A DNA stretch of 28,374 nucleotides from contig DASUME010000162.1 in the NCBI GenBank assembly GCA_036277895.1, positions 1-28,374 on the forward strand, in the 5' to 3' direction. Positions 23,381 through 28,374 of the stretch are shown piece after piece. The notes below the pieces were generated by a model that searched no databases, had not been told where the DNA came from, and was given only the letters and a program-made list of their open reading frames with translations. A program made the translations under genes and the position numbers. This DNA is from Polyangiales bacterium (GTDB lineage Bacteria; Myxococcota_A; Polyangia; Polyangiales; DASUME01). Position 1 is the stretch's first letter. Every line of letters begins with the position of its first letter.

Positions 23381-24078
23381 AGAGAGAGCTTGAGTACGGC
23401 GGGGTCGCCGCCGGCGCCGCGCCAGAGCTTCTGCATGTCGTCGGGTGGCTCCAGCGACAGCGTGATCACCGAGCCGCGCTTGGCGGGATCCGGCATGCGA
23501 AAGGCGGCGCAGTGCAGCATCACGCGTTGGGCGCTCAGGATGCGGCCGTTGGCCAGCGTCAGGCGCTTCTCGCCGCCGTAGGCCATGTCGCCGAGCAACG
23601 GGTAGCCCGCGTGCGACGCGTGCACGCGTAGCTGATGCGTGCGGCCGGTGATCGGCCAGAAGTCGAACGCCACCAGCGAGCCGGCGGTCGCGACCACACG
23701 CCAGTGCGTGTGCGCGGCCTTCGAGCTCGAGATCTCGGCCACCTGACGCTTCTTGGGATCGCGCACGTCGAACGCGATCGGGAAGCGCCAGTCGCCCTCT
23801 TGCTCGTCGGGCTGGCGCGCCGCGATCCCTAGGTACGAGCGCCGCAGCTTGCCATCTCTGCGCGCCACGTTCGCCACGCGGTTGGCCAGCTCCGTGCGTG
23901 CGAACGTCGTCAGCCCGCTCACCTGCGTGTCGAGCCGCGACAGCGGGTGCAGCGCGGGCGCCTCCGGATCGAGCGCACGCGCGCGCTCGAACAGGCTGTC
24001 GCCCTCCGGCGAGGTCGTTGCGATCCCGACCGGCTTGTTCAGCACGAGGAGATGCTGGTCGCGATAGACGATGGTCAT
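23374..24078 (-). CDS. RluA-family pseudouridine synthase (no S4 domain), 234 aa
   Basis: ATG 24078 overlaps the upstream stop (ATGA); IVYRDQHLLVLNKPVG, catalytic SRLDTQVSGL, TGRTHQLRVH, LLGDMAYG, MLHCA. Confidence 0.9.
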   Translation of the reverse strand: MTIVYRDQHLLVLNKPVGIATTSPEGDSLFERARALDPEAPALHPLSRLDTQVSGLTTFARTELANRVANVARRDGKLRRSYLGIAARQPDEQEGDWRFPIAFDVRDPKKRQVAEISSSKAAHTHWRVVATAGSLVAFDFWPITGRTHQLRVHASHAGYPLLGDMAYGGEKRLTLANGRILSAQRVMLHCAAFRMPDPAKRGSVITLSLEPPDDMQKLWRGAGGDPAVLKLSLT

Positions 24079-26681
24079 GGCGGCACAGACTGCGCGTCCG
24101 GACCGAGTGGGTCGACCCGATACTGATCGGCGTCCACGCGCACGCGCTCTCCATCGCGCAGCCTGCCGAGCGCATTCGGCACACCCACCACGACCGGCAC
24201 CCCGAGCGCAGACGCCAGCATCGCGCCGTGCGACAGCATGCCGCCTTGCTCGCTGATCACCGCGCGCACCGCCGGCAGCACCGCGCACAGCCCCACGTCA
24301 CACGCCTTGGTCACCAACACCGCGCCGCGCGGCAGTTGCTCCAGCCGCGCGCCGTCTTCCACGCGGAACACCTTGCCCTCAGCCGAGCCGCCGCTGCCCC
24401 AGATGCCCGTGATCGGCGGCGCCAGCGTGCGCTCGTGCGTGGGCCGCGCGTAGAAGCGCGCCACCGCCGGCGGCAGCGCGCTCAGCGTGGCCAGCTCGCT
24501 GCGCCGCTGCTCCACCTGCGCACGCACGTCCCAGTTGCCGCGCGCGAGCGCGCCGTGCAGCTCGTCCATGGTCAGGAAGAACGCCGCGTCTGGCCCCAGG
24601 CTGCGATCGCGCATCGCCAGCCGGCGCGACGCGTCGACCGCGATCTCGCGGATCACGCTGACCGCACGCGCGGTGTCGCTGAACAGCTGCTCGCGCTGCC
24701 GGGTCAGGTCGCGCAGGCGCCGGATCAACAGCGTGGCCGGGGCCCAGAGCGCGAACGGCAGCTTGCGCTTCCACTCGCGCTCGGCGCGCTCGCGCCGGCC
24801 CAACACGATCTGCTCGCGCTCGAGCGCGAATGCGAGCCCCATCGGATCCGCCAGCAGCGCGCGCAGCGCCGCCTCCAGCCGGCGCGGCGTCTCGCGCCAG
24901 CGCGGGCTCTGCGGGTCGAGCAGCAGCATGCCCTCATGACGGTGGCGCAGCTCGAAGTCGTCGAGCGCCTCGCGCACGAAGCCCGGCACGCGCTGCTCGC
25001 CATCGGCCCAGGCATGCACGCGCGTGTCGCGCGATAGCGAGCGCCCGAGCGCCAGCAGCTCGCGCCCCGAGCGCACCGACACCAGCTCGTCCGGCCCCCA
25101 GAGCAGATCGCGCTCCACGCGCAGCGCCTCGGCCCCGAAGTACGGCGCGAACAGCACCCGGAACGCGGCCAGCGTGACCAGCCAGGCGCCGTGCACGCGC
25201 ATCAGCGCGGCGCCCGCCTCGCCCAGGAACAGCTCCGCGTCCGACAACACGCGCTGTACCGCCTGCGGAGACAGCAGGCGCGCGTCGAGCCCCGCGAAGT
25301 GCCCTCGCTCGTCCGCCATGCGCGTGGCCACGAGCCCGAGCTTCTCCCCGAGCCGCACGTGCACGTCGTACACACGCAGCGCGGCGCGCGCGAGATCGAT
25401 CGGGCCCACGCGGTCGTCCTCGCGCACGTCGTGCGGCAGGTCGAGCCCCACCCGCGACAGCACGTGCGCCGACACACCCGGGATGCGGCAGACCGCCTCC
25501 GTCAGCACGCCGAGGTTCAGGAACGCACGCCCGCGCACGTCGACCATCAGCTCGGGAGCGGCCCCCAGCGCCGCTCCGCTCGCGCGCAGCACGTTGGCCA
25601 CGCCCACGCGCCCGAAGCGCTGCAGCAGCGACCAGCTCAGCGGCGCAACCGGATCCGGGAACGCCTCTCCCACCTCGCTGTGCGACCACAACGCGCGCTC
25701 GCGGATGGACGACTTCTGCGCGCGCGTGCGCGGGATCTTCGGGGCTCCCGGCAGCGCCTCGCTGCGCAACAGGTAGAGCTTGCTCTGCGCGATCGCCCAG
25801 TCGATGCAGACCGGGTAGCCGAGGTGGCGCTCGGTGCGCTCGGCCAGCCGCAGCACGTCGCGCAGGAACGGCTCGCTGAGCGCCTGGCTGGTCGCGAGCG
25901 CCGCCGGCACCTCGCGCAGCACACGCTCGCCCGCGGAGGACTCGCTGCCGCTGACCCACATGCGGGCCTTGTCCGCGATCACCGCGTCGCGCACGAAGCC
26001 ATCGCGCGAGACGCGGAACACGTCGCTCGGCACCAGTGCGCGGCGCACACCGCTCGCCAGGCCGTAGCCCGCACGCACCAGCCACTCGCCCGCGTCCGCC
26101 GTGATCGGGTGCCGCGTGTAGACCACGCCCGAGACCAGCCCGTCGACCAGGCTCTGCACCAGCACCGCCACGCTCGCATCGCGCGCGCCGGCCGCGCGCA
26201 GCGAGCGCAGCACCGGCAGCTCGAACGCGCTCGCGAACGCCGTGCGCAGCGCCGCGTACAGGCGCTCCTCGCTGTCGACCGCGAAGCGGATGTCGGTCAG
26301 CCAGCGCTGGGCATCGATGCGATCGGCACACAACGAGGGCACCACGAACAGCGCCGGCGCACCGAGCGCGCGCAGGGTGTGGAACGTCTCACTCGCCGCC
26401 AGCCGCAGATCCTCGTGGAGCTCTGCGCCGCGGATGCGCTCACGCAGCGCCGCCAGCTCCTCTTCGCCGGGCAGCGGGCGGTCGGGATCGAGCCACGCAC
26501 TCAGCCGCTCTTCGGGCGCCAGCACCCGCTCGTAGAGCGCGTCGGCGGAAGCCCGCGGCAGCGCGCTCGCGCCCGGCACCGGCAGGCCCGCGCGCGCCAG
26601 CTGCACCGTGCGCAGGATCGGCTCGCCGTACCCCTGAGCGCGGCGCGGCACGATCGACTCGATCGGCTCGAACAGTTGCAC
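24075..26681 (-). CDS. PEP-utilising enzyme family protein (PPDK_N-like + central + His-swivel domain; RPH/PigC-like architecture)
   Basis: LARAGLPVP, VAVLVQSLVDGLVSGVVYTRHP, central LWSHSEVGEAFPDPVAPLSWS, C-terminal GGMLSHGAMLASALGVPVVVGV (H818). Confidence 0.85.
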   Translation of the reverse strand: MQLFEPIESIVPRRAQGYGEPILRTVQLARAGLPVPGASALPRASADALYERVLAPEERLSAWLDPDRPLPGEEELAALRERIRGAELHEDLRLAASETFHTLRALGAPALFVVPSLCADRIDAQRWLTDIRFAVDSEERLYAALRTAFASAFELPVLRSLRAAGARDASVAVLVQSLVDGLVSGVVYTRHPITADAGEWLVRAGYGLASGVRRALVPSDVFRVSRDGFVRDAVIADKARMWVSGSESSAGERVLREVPAALATSQALSEPFLRDVLRLAERTERHLGYPVCIDWAIAQSKLYLLRSEALPGAPKIPRTRAQKSSIRERALWSHSEVGEAFPDPVAPLSWSLLQRFGRVGVANVLRASGAALGAAPELMVDVRGRAFLNLGVLTEAVCRIPGVSAHVLSRVGLDLPHDVREDDRVGPIDLARAALRVYDVHVRLGEKLGLVATRMADERGHFAGLDARLLSPQAVQRVLSDAELFLGEAGAALMRVHGAWLVTLAAFRVLFAPYFGAEALRVERDLLWGPDELVSVRSGRELLALGRSLSRDTRVHAWADGEQRVPGFVREALDDFELRHRHEGMLLLDPQSPRWRETPRRLEAALRALLADPMGLAFALEREQIVLGRRERAEREWKRKLPFALWAPATLLIRRLRDLTRQREQLFSDTARAVSVIREIAVDASRRLAMRDRSLGPDAAFFLTMDELHGALARGNWDVRAQVEQRRSELATLSALPPAVARFYARPTHERTLAPPITGIWGSGGSAEGKVFRVEDGARLEQLPRGAVLVTKACDVGLCAVLPAVRAVISEQGGMLSHGAMLASALGVPVVVGVPNALGRLRDGERVRVDADQYRVDPLGPDAQSVPP

Positions 26682-26717
26682 CGCCGCAAGCTTACAGCGA
26701 AACCTGGGGGACGCTTA

Positions 26718-28181
26718 TCAGATCACGAGCGAGAGCTGACGGCGCTGCGCGGGATGCTCGAAGGCGACCGGATATTCCCCGGTGAAGCAGGCATCGCAGA
26801 AACCTTTGCCGCCCGTGTTGGCGACGGCGCGATGCAGGGACTCCACGGTCAGGTAACCGACGCTGTCGGCCGTCACGTACTTGGCGATCTCGTCCAGCGC
26901 GTGGCTGGAGGCGATCAGCTCGCTACGCGAGGGCGTGTCGATGCCGTAGAAGCACGGCCAGCGCGTGGGCGGCGAGCTGATGCGCATGTGCACCTCGCGT
27001 GCACCGGCGTCGCGCAGCATCTTCACGATCTTGCGGCTGGTCGTGCCGCGCACGATCGAGTCGTCCACCACGATCACGCGCTTGCCGTCGATCAGCGCAC
27101 GGTTGGGGCTCAGCTTGAGCCGCACGCCGAAGTGCCGGATCGAGGACTGCGGCTCGATGAACGTGCGCCCGATGTAGTGACTGCGCACCAGCCCGAGCTC
27201 GAACGGCAGCTTCGACTCCTGCGCGTAGCCGAGCGCCGAGGGCACGCCGCTGTCCGGCACCGGGATCACCACGTCCGCGTCCACGAAGGCTTCGCGCGCC
27301 AGCGCCCTACCCATACGCTTGCGCGCCTCGTACACGTTGATGCCGCCGAGCGTGGCGTCCGGGCGCGCGAAGTACACGTACTCGAACACGCACATCTTGG
27401 ACGGCTCGCTCGCGAACGGGCGGTAGCTGTGCAGGCCCTGGCGATCGATCACGATCATCTCACCCGGCTCGACATCGCGCACGTACTCGGCCGCGATCAG
27501 CTCGAACGCCACCGGCTCCGACGCGAACACCCAGGCGTCCTTGTCGTTCCCATTCTGATCCACGCGCAGCTTGCCGAGCGCGAGCGGGCGGAAGCCCCAC
27601 GGGTCGCGCACCGCGATCAGCTCGTGCGGCGTCAGCACCATCAGCGAGTAGGCGCCCTTGCACTGGCGCAGCGCATCCGAGACGCGATCGACCGTGTTGG
27701 ATCCGCGCGAGCGCGCGATCAGGTGCACCACGACCTCGGTGTCCGACGAGGTCTGGAAGATCGAGCCCGCGGCCTCCAGCCGACGGCGGATCTCGTCGCC
27801 GTTGGTCAGGTTTCCGTTGTGGCCGACCGCGATCGAGCCGTGCGCGTAGTCGATCGCGATCGGCTGCGCGTTCTTGAGGTGCGAGCCGCCGGCCGTGGAG
27901 TAGCGCACGTGGCCGATCGCCCGGTCGCCCGGCAGCTGCGCGAGCACGTTGGCGCTGAACACGTCCTGCACCAGGCCGAGCGCGCGATGCGCGTACAGCT
28001 GGCCCGCGTCGGCGCTGACGATGCCCGCAGCCTCCTGGCCTCGATGCTGGAGCGCATGGAGGCCAAGGTAGGTGTGGTTGGCAGCTTCGCTGGAACCCCA
28101 GATTCCGAAGACACCACATTGATCGTGGAAGTGATCGTCGTCGTCGAAATCGTGCGGCACGCTGCCTTGTACCGTGCGCAC
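26718..28181 (-). CDS. purF: Amidophosphoribosyltransferase (propeptide, Fe-S type)
   Basis: CGVFG N-terminal nucleophile after a short acidic propeptide, [28 protein letters not shown] loop [13 protein letters not shown], four Cys (CVFE, PCFYG, CDAC). Start may be GTG 28160. Confidence 0.98.
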   Translation of the reverse strand: MRTVQGSVPHDFDDDDHFHDQCGVFGIWGSSEAANHTYLGLHALQHRGQEAAGIVSADAGQLYAHRALGLVQDVFSANVLAQLPGDRAIGHVRYSTAGGSHLKNAQPIAIDYAHGSIAVGHNGNLTNGDEIRRRLEAAGSIFQTSSDTEVVVHLIARSRGSNTVDRVSDALRQCKGAYSLMVLTPHELIAVRDPWGFRPLALGKLRVDQNGNDKDAWVFASEPVAFELIAAEYVRDVEPGEMIVIDRQGLHSYRPFASEPSKMCVFEYVYFARPDATLGGINVYEARKRMGRALAREAFVDADVVIPVPDSGVPSALGYAQESKLPFELGLVRSHYIGRTFIEPQSSIRHFGVRLKLSPNRALIDGKRVIVVDDSIVRGTTSRKIVKMLRDAGAREVHMRISSPPTRWPCFYGIDTPSRSELIASSHALDEIAKYVTADSVGYLTVESLHRAVANTGGKGFCDACFTGEYPVAFEHPAQRRQLSLVI

Positions 28182-28191
28182 TCCGCGGCGT

Positions 28192-28374
28192 CTACCGCGC
28201 TCGACGGTGCTCGACCATCAGGCAGCGATCTTGGATCACGTCGATGCCGGCGGCCGTCAGAGCGTGCGCAAAGTCGTCATCCTCGATGCCGCTCTGCAGC
28301 CAAACGAGCTTGGGTTTCTTGGCGATGACGTCGTCGAGGTGCGCGTGCAGATCGCTCGGCCGTCGAAACACGTC
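28192..28374 (-). CDS. CoA-binding protein, YccU family (5' end outside the window)
   Basis: Not in the ORF track. Manual translation: [60 protein letters not shown]. Confidence 0.88.
   Translation of the reverse strand, partial: DVFRRPSDLHAHLDDVIAKKPKLVWLQSGIEDDDFAHALTAAGIDVIQDRCLMVEHRRAR

Noticed and set aside
25191-28328. 1045-aa plus-strand ORF and other long Arg/Ala-rich ORFs (e.g. 2297..3814, 709..1956, 13431..14723)
   Set aside because: Antisense or off-frame shadows of well-supported genes, expected in high-GC DNA; no motifs.
1-28374. Horizontally acquired island, prophage or defence system
   Set aside because: No visible shift in base composition, and no mobility genes, att-like repeats or recognisable defence domains.

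Overview
A very GC-rich, gene-dense chromosomal window, most likely from a myxobacterium (Myxococcota; inferred from a TIGR02266-type PilZ-like protein and the gene order around rpoN). I found no rRNA, tRNA, CRISPR array, transposase or integrase. Left to right: (1) a minus-strand rpoN-hpf-ptsN-hprK-rapZ operon; (2) a Zn-ribbon membrane protein, a GNAT and a PilZ-like protein; (3) a NUDIX/DUF4920-like pair divergent from a formyltransferase-mannose-6-P isomerase-GT2-deacetylase-P450 run; (4) a minus-strand run of rnhA, bioA, a KAS III ketosynthase fused to a heme-oxygenase-like diiron (HDO) domain, and a translationally coupled unknown protein; (5) hypothetical proteins, an RNase HII-like protein, mepA and a TPR/zincin-like protein; (6) a YccU-like fragment, purF, a degenerate PEP-utilising (RPH/PigC-like) protein and an RluA pseudouridine synthase. 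The best candidate for an undescribed system is the KAS III-HDO fusion with its coupled partner. Next are a two-copy, hexamer-built palindromic element between convergent genes and an ArnA/ArnC/ArnD-like sugar-modification operon. All family calls come from motif recognition by eye; no database search was run. Several start codons were reassigned from the supplied ORF track.
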